A stretch of DNA of 64,000 nucleotides from assembly GCA_002269645.1 (NCBI GenBank), contig NIVC01002921.1, positions 1-64,000 on the forward strand. Direction: 5' to 3'. This DNA is from Macrostomum lignano (Eukaryota). The position numbers and the translations under genes are program-made. Under the pieces are notes generated by a model. That model made no database searches and was not told the DNA's origin. It was given only the letters and a program-made list of their open reading frames with translations. This document shows positions 17,349-28,580 of the stretch, one piece after another (within the stretch, counting starts at the first letter, position 1; each line of letters opens with the position of its first letter).

Positions 17349-20005
17349 CACACAGGGCATAAAGGGCCTACCCCATTGAGTTTTATTTTGTTATTTTTAG
17401 AAAATACACCATTGGGATAATAATAATAATAATAGATATTTATATGTATATTCAAGCAAGCAAAAAACCCCCGCCCCTGCATTGCATCATGCATAGAGCA
17501 TAGTGCATAGGCCTAGCTAGCTTAAAGTCATAACATAAGACAGGTCTAGGACTGTATAAAATCAAATTTAACTATCAAAACTCATTAGCCTAACAAAAGC
17601 ACGGCATAGGCCTATGAGTATGAGTATGGCTAGAGGCCAGCCAGCCAGGCCAGGCCAACTGCCAGTTGCCATTGCCCAATAGTTTTAATGTACTCAACTT
17701 TTCTAGGTTGCAAAAAATGGTGAAAGTTATTTTGCACAATGTATTTGAATTGTGTGAATATGTCATATGCTAATGACAGTGTGCATGTTCCAAGCACCGC
17801 CATTAGCTCCCATTGACTGAAACTGTAGGCCTAGCTAAGCCACCTAGTTAACGCGCGTGTGCGAGCCGCGCGGTATAACCTTTTTTTTATTGCATTTGAA
17901 ATTGCACACTTTTCTAATAATTTCTAGAGTAAAACCAATAATGCCACTTCATAACTCTCCTACAACATACAAATATGCAGTTAAATACAAAAAAAAGATT
18001 TTTTTACTTTTTATACAAAATTTTAATTAGTTAGAGTGCTAAAATAGGAATACACCTAGTTTTAGAAACTTTTTTAACTTAAATAGTCAGATGTAATTAA
18101 TCTGACCGTTTGTCTGAGCCAAACTTACTACTACTACTACTAATCTAACTAACTAGATTAGTAGTTAGAATCGAAGTAGTAGTTAGATCGATTAGTAGTT
18201 AGAATCTTTTAGTGATAAAGTGATAAAATCACTTTAAGTGATAAAATCTTCTAACACATAGGCGAAGTCCAATGATTTTTCGCGTTGGGGGCAATATGAA
18301 AAAGAAAAAGTTCCCTAAACCTTTTAGCATGATTTCGGTGGGGGGCGGCCAAATTACGCCAAATATGATATGTATTTATTATATTTGTTATAGGATTTCT
18401 TTTTTATTATCATCATTTTGGCGTAAAAAACTGGGGCACCGAAAAGCACGGGCACCGAAATGCATGGTAACCGGCTGGGGCTCAGGCCCCAAGGCTCCCT
18501 GGCTGCTCCCGCTACGCTACTGTCCTGTGTCCTAACCTTTTTTCTTGTGTGAATCTTGAGTTTAATAGTTATCGTGCTTATCTATTTAAAAAACTTAAAG
18601 AACAATTAACTATGCATGGACTGCTGCGCGAAATTATTTTAAGTAAAACTGCCTTCAATTAGAATATCATGAATTATAAAATCTCAAAGCCTACGCCATA
18701 CTGTATGCAAGACAATGGGCCTACTCTGGGTTGTAGTGTACCCTTCTAAAGTGTACTTCAGTGTTGTAGTGTACCCTTCTAAAGTGTACTTCACTGTAAA
18801 TTTATGAGCCCATAGGGCAAGCTAGTGGAAACTTCAAGTTTAAATTTTAATGTTCTTTTAGTACTATTAGTTCCTCAATTTGTCTAGCTTTTACCTTTAA
18901 TCTGGACATTTCATCTCAATTAGAAGTAATTTCATAAATTAGACCTAAGCCATATCATTTTATTAGACCAAAATTGCCAAAAAGTAGTATGAAAATTAAA
19001 AAAAAAGTTTATTATTACCATAATTTTGTGTTGTTTTAATTATTCACAATGATTAGAGAATAACCTAACTAGCTATTTTTTATCATTAGAAATAAAAATT
19101 CTTGCATTATAACTTTTAGAGTTTAGCATTAATTATGTTTTTAATTTTTTATCCTAGAACTTTTTAATTTATTTATAATTAGTTTAGTTAAGTAAGCAAT
19201 ATAAATAAATTTAAAAGACAAAACCAACAAGAACCATTTTCTTTTCTAAATATTTATAGATACCAATAATATTAGTGGCAAATAAAACAAAAGCTCTATT
19301 TTGTACAATATGTTTTGTTGAACACACAGTATTATCAGAAAGAATAAAATATTTGTGAAAAAAAATAGGATAAAATACATGCAAATATAAATTATACATT
19401 GGAGCATACTGTACAAAAAAGCTAGAATTGTGTAAACTTATTTTACAAAGTCAATAGAGCTAAAAAATTCTGAGATACACACTGTTGTCACTCCTTGCTA
19501 ATTCCTTCCTAATTTTTGTTTGGCATCAGTATCATTGGTACATGTATCTACACATACTCAGAAAATAAAATGTTGCTTGTCAGCTTTGTCTTTTTAATCT
19601 TATTAAAGAAAAGTAGCCTGCCTCAATATAAATAAAGAATCATCATTTTTATAAAGGGATAATCAATGGTAAGGGATACTATTCTTTCAGAGACCAAAAA
19701 TTATTGACTTATTAGTTCTATAGGAATATACTAAGCCTATCTTATACCCTAAATGCCTAATGCTTATACCACTAAATATTTTAAGGCATTTTAAGTCTTA
19801 TGATCTAATATTAATGTATTTATAAACTCATATCAATATAAAAAGCTTTTTTGTTTTATTTTTATCACCTAGATTTATTTGAATTTGAAATTAAACAATG
19901 CTTTTGGATTCTACAAAATTGCCTTTCTAGTAGTTATGTCATTAGCATTAGCAATACACAGTAATATAAATATATACTTCTGCCATTAGGTCCAATCAGT
20001 CAGAG

Positions 20006-20019
20006 GTTGTCATGGCAAC
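20006..20019 (+). promoter_or_regulatory. RFX X-box overlapping the CCSAP start codon
   Basis: GTTGTCATGGCAAC is 13/14 identical to the palindromic X-box GTTGCCATGGCAAC; CCAAT at 19992-19996; the gene is ciliary. Confidence 0.65.
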
Positions 20020-21919
20020 GCGCAGCGAATACCAGAAAAACTATCGCAACTATACCAAGAAGGCCGCCGAGGAATACCAGGAGCACCTTCGTTATCGCCA
20101 GCTTCGCAAGTCAGCCGAATTCGCCCACCACGACTGGGCCTGGTCAGGCGTCGAGGTCGAAGACACGGCCACCCCCAGCGCTGCCTCCGCTTCTCCACCT
20201 CACGCAGTCGCATCTGGAAGCCCCCCGAAGCAGAAGGCGGCAACAGCAGCTGAGACCGAGCTGAAGCTCACCGACCTGCCGCCGTCTCGGCGACTATCGA
20301 AGGCCGAGCCGAGTCTGTCGACTCTGTCGCAGTCGGGCTCGGAGACTGACTACCAAGAGCGCGAGGCCAACCTGCTGGACGACCCGCTGGCCGAGACAGC
20401 TGAAGAGACCGCAGCGCCGTCGCCGCCAATCGATGAGGCGGCTGAGAGGGCCAAAATTCGGCGGGCAATTCGCGAACTCAAATTGAAGAGGCAGGAAGGT
20501 GAGCGAATATTGACGGAGTGGGTCTGACAGGTGCTGACTGATGGGTCTGACAGGTGCTGACTGATGGGTCTGACAGGTGCTGACTGATGGGTCTGACGGG
20601 TGCTGACTGATGGGTCTGACAGGTGCTGACTGATGGGTCTGACAGGTGCTGACTGATGGGTCTGACAGGTGCTGACTGATGGGTCTGACGGGTGCTGACT
20701 GATGGGTCTGACGGGTGCTGACTGATGGGTCTGACAGGTGCTGACTGATGGGTCTGACAGGTGCTGACTGATGGGTCTGACAGGTGCTGACTGATGGGTC
20801 TGACGGGTGCTGACTGATGGGTCTGACAGGTGCTGACTGATGAGTCTGACAGGTGCTGACAGCCAGCTGACTGATGGGTCTGACAGGTGCTGGCAGCCAG
20901 CTGACTGATGGGTCTGACAGGTGCTGACTGATGAGTCTGACAGGTGTTGACAGCCAGCTGACTGATGGGTCTGACAGGTGCTGGCAGCCAGCTGACTGAT
21001 GGGTCAAGCAATATTGAAATTTCACTACTGTCGAGTAGTATGCAACGCTCTAGAGTTAATTGTCTCTATAGAGTTGCAGAAGCAGCCGGCAGAGCAGCAA
21101 CAGCAACGACAGCAGCAGCAGCAGCGGAGGCGGCGGCGGTACCATTGGCAGCAGCGGCGCCATCGCGAGCCGAGCCCGCCGCCGAGGCTGGCAGCCGGGT
21201 ACAGCAGCGACGAAGTAGATGCCGACGAGGAGTCGAACGATATCGATGAAACGGACGAAGTCACCGACGACTACGAGGAGCAGCTGGCTGCGGCGAGGCG
21301 GCGAAGGCTGCGCCGGCGTCAGAGGCAACAGCAGGAGGCGCAGCAGAAGCAGAAACAAGAACAACAGCAGCAGCAGAAGCAGCAAACTCGCACGGCAGCA
21401 CAGCAGCAGAAGAAGCCGAAGCGGCGCGCAGCCCCGCCTGATTGCCCGCCATTGGAGCTGGACCGCGTGGCTGAAGACTCCGCTCAGGTGCTGTTCAATC
21501 ACGAGGGCCAGTCGCAAAAGAAGAGTCTGCAACAGCAGAAGCAGCAGCCGGAGGCCGAGCCGCGGCCAATTTTCTATCCGTGGGGCATGGGCGATGAGGA
21601 GCGCCAGTACGGGCTGAAGCGGACCTTCAACGTGCGGGCAACGCGCGACGTCTACGACTCGGCGCTGCGGGCCCGCGACCGCTGCCCGCCGTCTCGGACG
21701 CGTCCTGCCACGGCCGGTCTGGCGACAGCAGCAGGCGCTGGCTGCTCCGGCGGTCGCTCGGCTACGGCAGTCGCTGGCCGACTTGGCGCCTCGGCGCCTG
21801 GCGCTCAGGACGACTATTGGCTGTCGGAGTACGCGAAGAACTTCGCCAAGTACGCGAACGCGCTGTACGCCAGGAACCGGCAGGCCTTGGCCAGTCGGGC
21901 CCGGGCCGACCTGCTATGA
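20012..21919 (+). CDS. CCSAP: Centriole, cilia and spindle-associated protein-like (444 aa, 2 exons)
   Basis: Exons 20012-20498 and 21072-21919 (G|gtgag...tag|AG, phase 1). N-terminus RSEYQKNY...EEYQEHLRYRQLRKSAEFAHHDWAW and C-terminus FYPWGMGD...KRTFNVRA...VYDSALRA...WLSEYAKNF match the recalled conserved CCSAP blocks. AATAAA at 22237. Confidence 0.8.
20515..21005. repeat. 23-bp minisatellite (GGTCTGACAGGTGCTGACTGATG) filling the CCSAP intron
   Basis: Period 23 visible directly. Confidence 0.95.
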
Positions 21920-22802
21920 GTTGAGCACTTGGCTCTGGCTGCGGCTCCGCCAACTGGACTAGTATAGCTGTGCTGCTCTCACCGCAGATGTTGCGATGAC
22001 TAACTGGGTCACTAGAGCCGTGCTTAGTTTATTAGGTATCTCTTAGTTGCTACCTACTGTTCAAAAAAGGGAACTATTTGCAGGGCTGCGGGCACCCCCC
22101 ATCCTCCCGCAACCAGCGCTAAGGCAATTCTGCGCATGATCCGCTGACTCCTGAGTGCATGCAAGCGCGCCAATGTTGTACGCAGGCACGCTCTCGTACA
22201 CGCGCTCTAATCGTCAGCATGTACACTCTTACAACAAATAAAATAGTTGGATTGTAAAAGCTCAAAGTGACCCTTTAATTATTAAATTATCTGTTTTAGT
22301 TTTCTGAAGACTTAAAAAATACCGTAATTAGATTATCTATTATCGGTACGCTTTCTACGTTCCATTTTTAGTACTTTTTCTCCTTATTTGCTATTCACTC
22401 TACTGAGAAGCATTCCGTCCCGTTTTTTTGTTGTCCCTATTAGTTTCATTAGCTTTTGTGTACATGTAATCCCACCTTTTCCTCGATAATTCAGTTGGTT
22501 TTAAATGACAAATTATTTTTGGTGCATTGCACTACTCCCATTTTCATTATTAATTGTTATTAATTATTTTGCGTACGTCAGCACGTTAATTGCTTGCTGA
22601 TGACCTCAGGTGCTCCGGTTTGCTGGGCATTCCGCTGCGTTAAAGGATTTAAGATTATTAAGAAAATATTGACTGACATCAGCTTTGTCGCATGAGCTAC
22701 TCTGGGTGGCTGGAAAAATGAATTTCCTCGAAATGTGTCTGTCAACAGCCATGCAGGGCATAAATAAGCAATACAAAACAACGCGCTTGACTGGCATCTT
22801 TC

Positions 22803-23400
22803 GATTGGCTCCCGCCACCGCCGAAGTGAGGTGGGTGAGGCCTATCGATTTTCAGCCAATCCCGTAACCCCCGTCTCTGATAACTTAAATATTTATACTG
22901 GCCACTTTCTATTGGCTCCCGCAGACGCCGGAGTGAGGTGGGGGAGGCCTATCGATTTTCAGCCAATCCCTTAACCCTACCCGTCTCTGATAACTTCAAT
23001 ATTTATACTGGCCACTTTCTATTGGCTCCCGCCGACGCCGGAGTGAGGTGGGGGAGGCCTATCGATTTTCAGCCAATCCCTTAACCCTACCCGTCTCTGA
23101 TAACTTAAATATTTATACTGGCCACTTTCTATTGGCTCCCGCCGACGCCGGAGTGAGGTGGGAGAGGCCTATCGATTTTCAGCCAATCCCTTAACCCTAC
23201 CCGTCTCTGATAACTTAAATATTTATACTGGCCACTTTCTATTGGCTCCCGCCGACGCCGGAGTGAGGTGGGAGAGGCCTATCGATTTTCAGCCAATCCC
23301 TTAACCCTACCCGTCTCTGATAACTTAAATATTTATACTGGCCACTTTCTATTGGCTCCCGCCGACGCCGGAGTGAGGTCGGGGAGGCCTATCGATTTTC
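22803..23400. repeat. 110-bp tandem repeat, about 5.4 copies
   Basis: ATTGGCTCCC recurs at 22911, 23021, 23131, 23241 and 23351. Confidence 0.95.
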
Positions 23401-24349
23401 CGATAAAACCTCATCTCTCTCAAAAGCACTTCTTATTCCATCCACCCAGAATAGTTTTATAATGGCATGCGTACGATAATCATTGATTGTATTTTCAAGA
23501 GCCAGTTTTGCTTTAGTAGCTTCTGTTGCTACTATAAACCTACGATACGCAACAACAAGGTACGCAAGTAATAAATGTGCCACAATCTTTGATTGAGTAG
23601 CGTTGTATCCACGTCAGCCATGTTTTCTTTATGGATATTCTTTTTTAGGACTTTTGTTACATTATCTAGTAAGGAAAAATCTATTATTTCTATTGTTAAT
23701 TACCGCCTATAGAAAATCTTTATTAAGGATTCGTTAATCCACCGATTAAAAGCCATCCTGTCTGCGACTTCGGCTGTGCAGTGTACATCCGTGTAGTAAT
23801 TAGGTTCTAACCTTTTTGCATTCTTTTTGGAACTAAGCTGAAATACACTATGCTCGCGACTTAAACCATTCCGTCCGGTCCAATGAGGTGAAAAACTCAT
23901 CTTCTGACTATTGATTAGTCTATTTTGAGACATGCGAGTATATAATTGTAGGTCATATTATCATATGCTCTCTGACTTTGTAGCTGTAAATTTTATCTAC
24001 CAACGCTAAGCAATATATAATGCGTGCATGCATTTAATGAGGGGAAGTAAAGTACAACTGATATTGTAGGATGGCCTTACTATTTGGTTATGAAATAACC
24101 AGCTGATTAAAACTTAAAAGCGTAGTTGCCTTAAAACTGTCAGTAAAAATGCCATTAAAGCGAACTGGACATTAGATTGTTTCAGCTGACCAGGTGCAAA
24201 AGCTCTGCTGCCATTTCACCGAAAAAGCTCTTGTTTGTCCGGCTAATCACGGAACCGAAGTACACTTGTGAGGAAATGAGGTGAGCTAATTTATTGTAGA
24301 ATACATATAGGTCAGCTCTCACAATGAAGTCTGCAGGCACAGGCACTAA

Positions 24350-26003
24350 TATAGCATTTTGCAAGCTAGTAGAGACTACTAGCAAGCAATTTAATCCGAG
24401 ATAGCAAAAACACATGCATTTTGAGTCTCACTGCTAGTTGTCTATGGTAAAAAGTGTGTCAAACCGACAGGCAATTTAATCCTTGGAGCACTCATTGACA
24501 TATGGCCAAGCATTCTTAAATTGCTGACACTATGCATTGTCTATGGCCAAAAAGCAATCCTTCACCAATAACGCGACTGTGCAGTAAATCCCAAGCCGTG
24601 CTGTAAATTCCCGCACGTATTCAACTTATTAAATTTATTTAGGTCAATAGATAAACAAGTGCAACAACAAACAAAGCAAAGTTTTTATGGCAAACCTAGT
24701 ACATCAAGAACACACCTGTGTTCTTGACCCGAAGACCCGAAATCATTTCATTCGGAAATTTAGAGTAGTCAATTAGTCTAATGATTCGAGACATTTTCGG
24801 TTGTATTTCTTCTCTCGTCTCTACTTTCTGGCCAAACCTACGAGTAAATTTCACTTATCCCTCTTATAGTCCATGCGTGCGGTAAATTCCAATCTATCTA
24901 TGTCTATGGCTAAAACCAGAAGAATGCTTTGCCCATAAATCAATGAATCTATCACTAGGTTCCTTCGTTAGCGCGTTAGCGCACGAGTGCCATAGACTAT
25001 TTACGCACTCGAAACCTAGAGATAAATCTACCATTTAAGCACTGTCTTGCTCGGCCTTTCCATTTATTTCATGCATGCCTCCAACGAAACCAACCAGGAA
25101 GCTCCATATAAAAAAATTACGACGCAGAACAAGGTTAAGCAAAAAAGTTCACTTAACGAAACCTGCATATAAAGAAACACACGTCAGAAAAGTTTTTGCA
25201 TGTACGTTTAGACTTCAGTAAGTTATATACTCGTAATCAACTCCACAGCGATGCAGCCTGTGCGAATTCTTGCCTGCGTGCCAAGTTGGCAATGCTTCTG
25301 TTGTTATCGCCTCTGTCGATAGCGTCGATTATCAATCTATGCTTTTTGTCGCTAATCTTAGCATATTGCACAGGTGGTGCTCCGACTGCTAGATGTTTCA
25401 CTGTCTTCAATAATGGTGCTTGCTGGCTTGGTCACTTTCGTCTGACATGTTGAAAAAAACTGAGAGTGGAACATGGATGAATGAATAGAATGGATTGCTA
25501 TTCTGGCTCTGGCTATTTTCGTTTTTGACTCTTTTGCATCTGGTTCCCCCCGTGCCTTTTCATTGGTTGATGATTGCCATAGACAATTTTCGGCCTTCGC
25601 CCCTTTCTTTCGATGCACAAGCGCTTTCGCTCGTGTTTTGAAATAAAGGGGGAAGACCTACGAGCGCTCGATATTCTCTGCAAGTAACTGACAATTGTCT
25701 ATGGCAATCATCAACCAATGAAAAGGCACGGGGGGAACCAGATGCAAAAGAGTCAAAAACGAAAATAGCCAGAGCCAGAATAGCAATCCATTCTATTCAT
25801 TCATCCATGGAGTGGAACGGCATAGACTGCTGTTTATGGATTTTAGTGCTTAAATGGGTGCTCCAAGGATTAACTTGCCTGCCGGTTTGACACACTCTTT
25901 ACCATAGACAACTAGCAGGGAGGCTCAAAATGCATGTGTTTTTGCTATCTTGGATTAAATTGCTTGCTCGTAGTCTAGTCTCTACTAGCTTGCAAAATGC
26001 TAT
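24350..26003. repeat. Pair of about 150-bp inverted repeats (24350-24496 and 25853-26003)
   Basis: Left arm TATAGCATTTTGCAAGCTAG...GTCTATGGTAAAAAGTGTGTCAAACCG...CCTTGGAGCAC matches the reverse complement of the right arm at roughly 90% by eye; no TSD seen. Confidence 0.85.
25472..25809. mobile_element. 338-bp MITE with 117-bp perfect TIRs, P-element-like ends
   Basis: Arms 25472-25588 and 25693-25809 are exact reverse complements starting CATGGATGAATGAATAG; 8-bp TSD GAGTGGAA at 25464-25471 and 25810-25817. The superfamily call (P versus hAT) is inferred. Confidence 0.8.
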
Positions 26004-26499
26004 AGCTCTGCACTGAAATATTCTAGATTATGGGTAGGCTGCCTGGGTTGAAACGCGATTGAAACACTCTACATTTATCCGCCGTCACTGTCTATGGTCA
26101 AAGCAAATCTGCTCACGACTGATTTACACATGGGTAAAATTGGATAACTTTTCGTCTCAGTATATTTCACTGCGAGAGCAAACACAACATAAATGAAACA
26201 CGAAATAAACGAAAGAATTCAGTAAATAACGTTTGGGAACACAGAACACAGGCTGACACAAAACACAGCCGCAGATAGGCACAAAGATAGCGGGTCGGCA
26301 TTGTAATTATACTTTTACCCAGACGCAATGAAAAATATTTTGGCCATTATTCCACTGTTTTGATGTGTACCATAGACATTTGGATTGAAAAAATCCATCG
26401 CTCAGTATTTTTGTTAATAAATACAGAACAACAAGAAGTAAATGAACAAGAAGGAAAAATCATTAAAACTAAAGTACCAGCTACACGAAAAGAGTTAAT

Positions 26500-27719
26500 A
26501 ATAAATGTCACAGCTAGTGCAGTTTATCAGTTTGTAGTCGAAATTTGACAATGTAAAAATCAATTTGTCACCCAAAGTGAAACATGCACAGTTCTCAAAG
26601 CCGCAGTTTCCAAAGATGCTCAACACTTTAGCCTGATGATTTGGCACTGCAAAAGGAGTTGGTCTATGTTGAATGTTTTCTATGAAAGAGAAATACAGGT
26701 GCTCAAGTATAGTTGCCGAACTTACTAAGTTGGCATGCGACTGATGAGCTTCGTCTGATGAGCTTCTTTGGTACCGCAGTATCCAAGCTGGGATTCTTTG
26801 GGACTGTCGGCTGCTCGACTGAATCGATTGGCCGCTTTCAGGCATCGTTTATAGCCGTCGAGGCGTTGAAGACTGCATGGTCGCGTTTTCTTCCTAGGTA
26901 GCGGTGCAGTGCGGTAGCGCCGCACGGTTCGTTCAGTCGTCGACAGGAAGATTTTTTCAATTAATAAGCGCGGCTGTTTGACAAGATGCACCAGCCATAG
27001 TTGTTTGACAAGACAAATAGCTTTTTCTCCCACTACTCGCTTTCCTGATTTCTTGCAAGATGCAAGCAAAATCAGCACTCATCACAGTGTTGTCTATGGT
27101 CAAACTAAGCCACACAACTCAGTCGTCTATGGGTAAAACAACTCTTAAAACAGCCAATTGAAGCATGATAAAAAGTGTGGAATAATGACAGCGACAAAAG
27201 TGTGGAATAATGGCCGCAAAAGTGTGGAATAATGACTGGGCGCTGAGTGAAAGTATAAATACAATGCACTTGTATAGTATGCAACTTCGTTGAATAATGG
27301 CCATAGACACTCGTACGCTACGCGCACTCGAGTTTTGGCCATTATTCAACTCAGTTGCATACTATACAATCTACCATTGTTTCGATGTTGTCCGGCAGTT
27401 TCTGGTCCACCAGATACTTTTTGAAGCGCTTCACATGGAGAGCGGTTTAATCCGTAGTCGATTTGCGTTTGGCAGACTCCTCGACGTCTTGCACTGCAGC
27501 TTCCTCTTCTTCCGTCAGTTCCCGCAGAAGCTCGGTATCATTCAGAATGCTTGGATTGGACAATTCTGCGTCAATCAACTGCTGCTGTCTTACGCTCAGA
27601 CCAGTCCACTGACTAACTTCTTCACCAGGATCACGATGTCCAAGTTGCTGCAGAAACTCAATCTCATTAATTTCTAAACCGCTAATATCTTCCTCTAGTA
27701 TTGATTCTGAGTGAAACAT
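26500..27719 (-). pseudogene. Decayed, interrupted Crypton-like tyrosine recombinase fragments
   Basis: 27719-27370 reads ...ELTEEEEAAVQDVEESAKRKSTTD*TALHVKRFKKYLVDQKLPDNIETM (Crypton/DUF3504-type N-terminus). 27080-26500 gives frameshifted pieces LQEIRKASSGRKSY, CGATALHR, TVPKNPSLDT, RSSSDEAHQSHANL, IFGNCGFENC. Motif resemblance only. Confidence 0.45.
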
Positions 27720-28054
27720 GGCTAATTCCGAACCTTAAAGCTGTTTAAATCTTATTTTTCTCTCCCACCCACCAAGAGAAGAATGCTTCAAACTCTATTT
27801 GGGTTTCAACCATAGACAGTCTCCGCGGACTGCGAAACCGCCGAAGCATATAGCTAAAGCTTTTTCAACCATAGACAGTTTCTGTGGACGTGAAACCGCG
27901 TTGTGCGTCCGCGCTTCAGCCTAACCATAACACTAATATGGACTGGCTGTTCGGACTGAAATGAACTGAAACGCCGAGGCGCTATGCGTTTTAGTTCATT
28001 TCAGTCCTCAACAGCCAGTCTATATTAATATAATGTGCATGATTACATATGTTC

Positions 28055-28580
28055 CATAAGAGGAATGGAACCCATGATGCCAGCTCAATCTGAGAGCTGA
28101 TGATGGCAGCTCAATCTGAGAGCTGAGGATGGCAGCTCAATCTGAGAGCTGAGGATGGCAGCTCAATCTGAGAGCTGAGGATGGCAGCTCAATCTGAGAG
28201 CTGAGGATGGCAGCTCAATCTGAGAGCTGATGATGGCAGCTCAATCTGAGAGCTGAGGATGGCAGCTCAATCTGAGAGCTGATGATGGCAGCTCAATCTG
28301 AGAGCTGAGGATGGCAGCTCAATCTGAGAGCTGATGAAGGCAGCTCAACCTGAGAGCTGAGGATGGCAGCTCAATCTGAGAGCTGAGGATGGCAGCTCAA
28401 CCTGAGAGCTGATGAAGGCAGCTCAATCTGAGAGCTGATGAAGGCAGCTCAATCTGAGAGCTGATGATGGCAGCTCAATCTGAGAGCTGATGAAGGCAGC
28501 TCAATCTGAGAGCTGAGGATGGCAGCTCAATCTGAGAGCTGATGATGGCAGCTCAATCTGAGAGCTGAGGATGGCAGCTC
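28055..28580. repeat. 26-bp minisatellite (GGCAGCTCAATCTGAGAGCTGAGGAT)
   Basis: Period 26; each unit contains an internal AGCTC...GAGCT inverted repeat. Confidence 0.95.

Noticed and set aside
18420-18475. GGCACCGAAA repeats ending ATGGTAACCG, like a DNA transposon terminus
   Set aside because: No partner end or TSD found in the window, so it cannot be delimited.
22803-23400. CRISPR-like array (also considered for the 26-35 bp repeats)
   Set aside because: Units are head-to-tail with no unique spacers, there are no cas genes, and the context is eukaryotic.
26725-27078. Tc1-like HTH reading (LSTTERTVRRY) in the listed ORF
   Set aside because: No DDE domain, TIRs or TA TSD; other frames fit YR-like motifs better. 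Not fully excluded.
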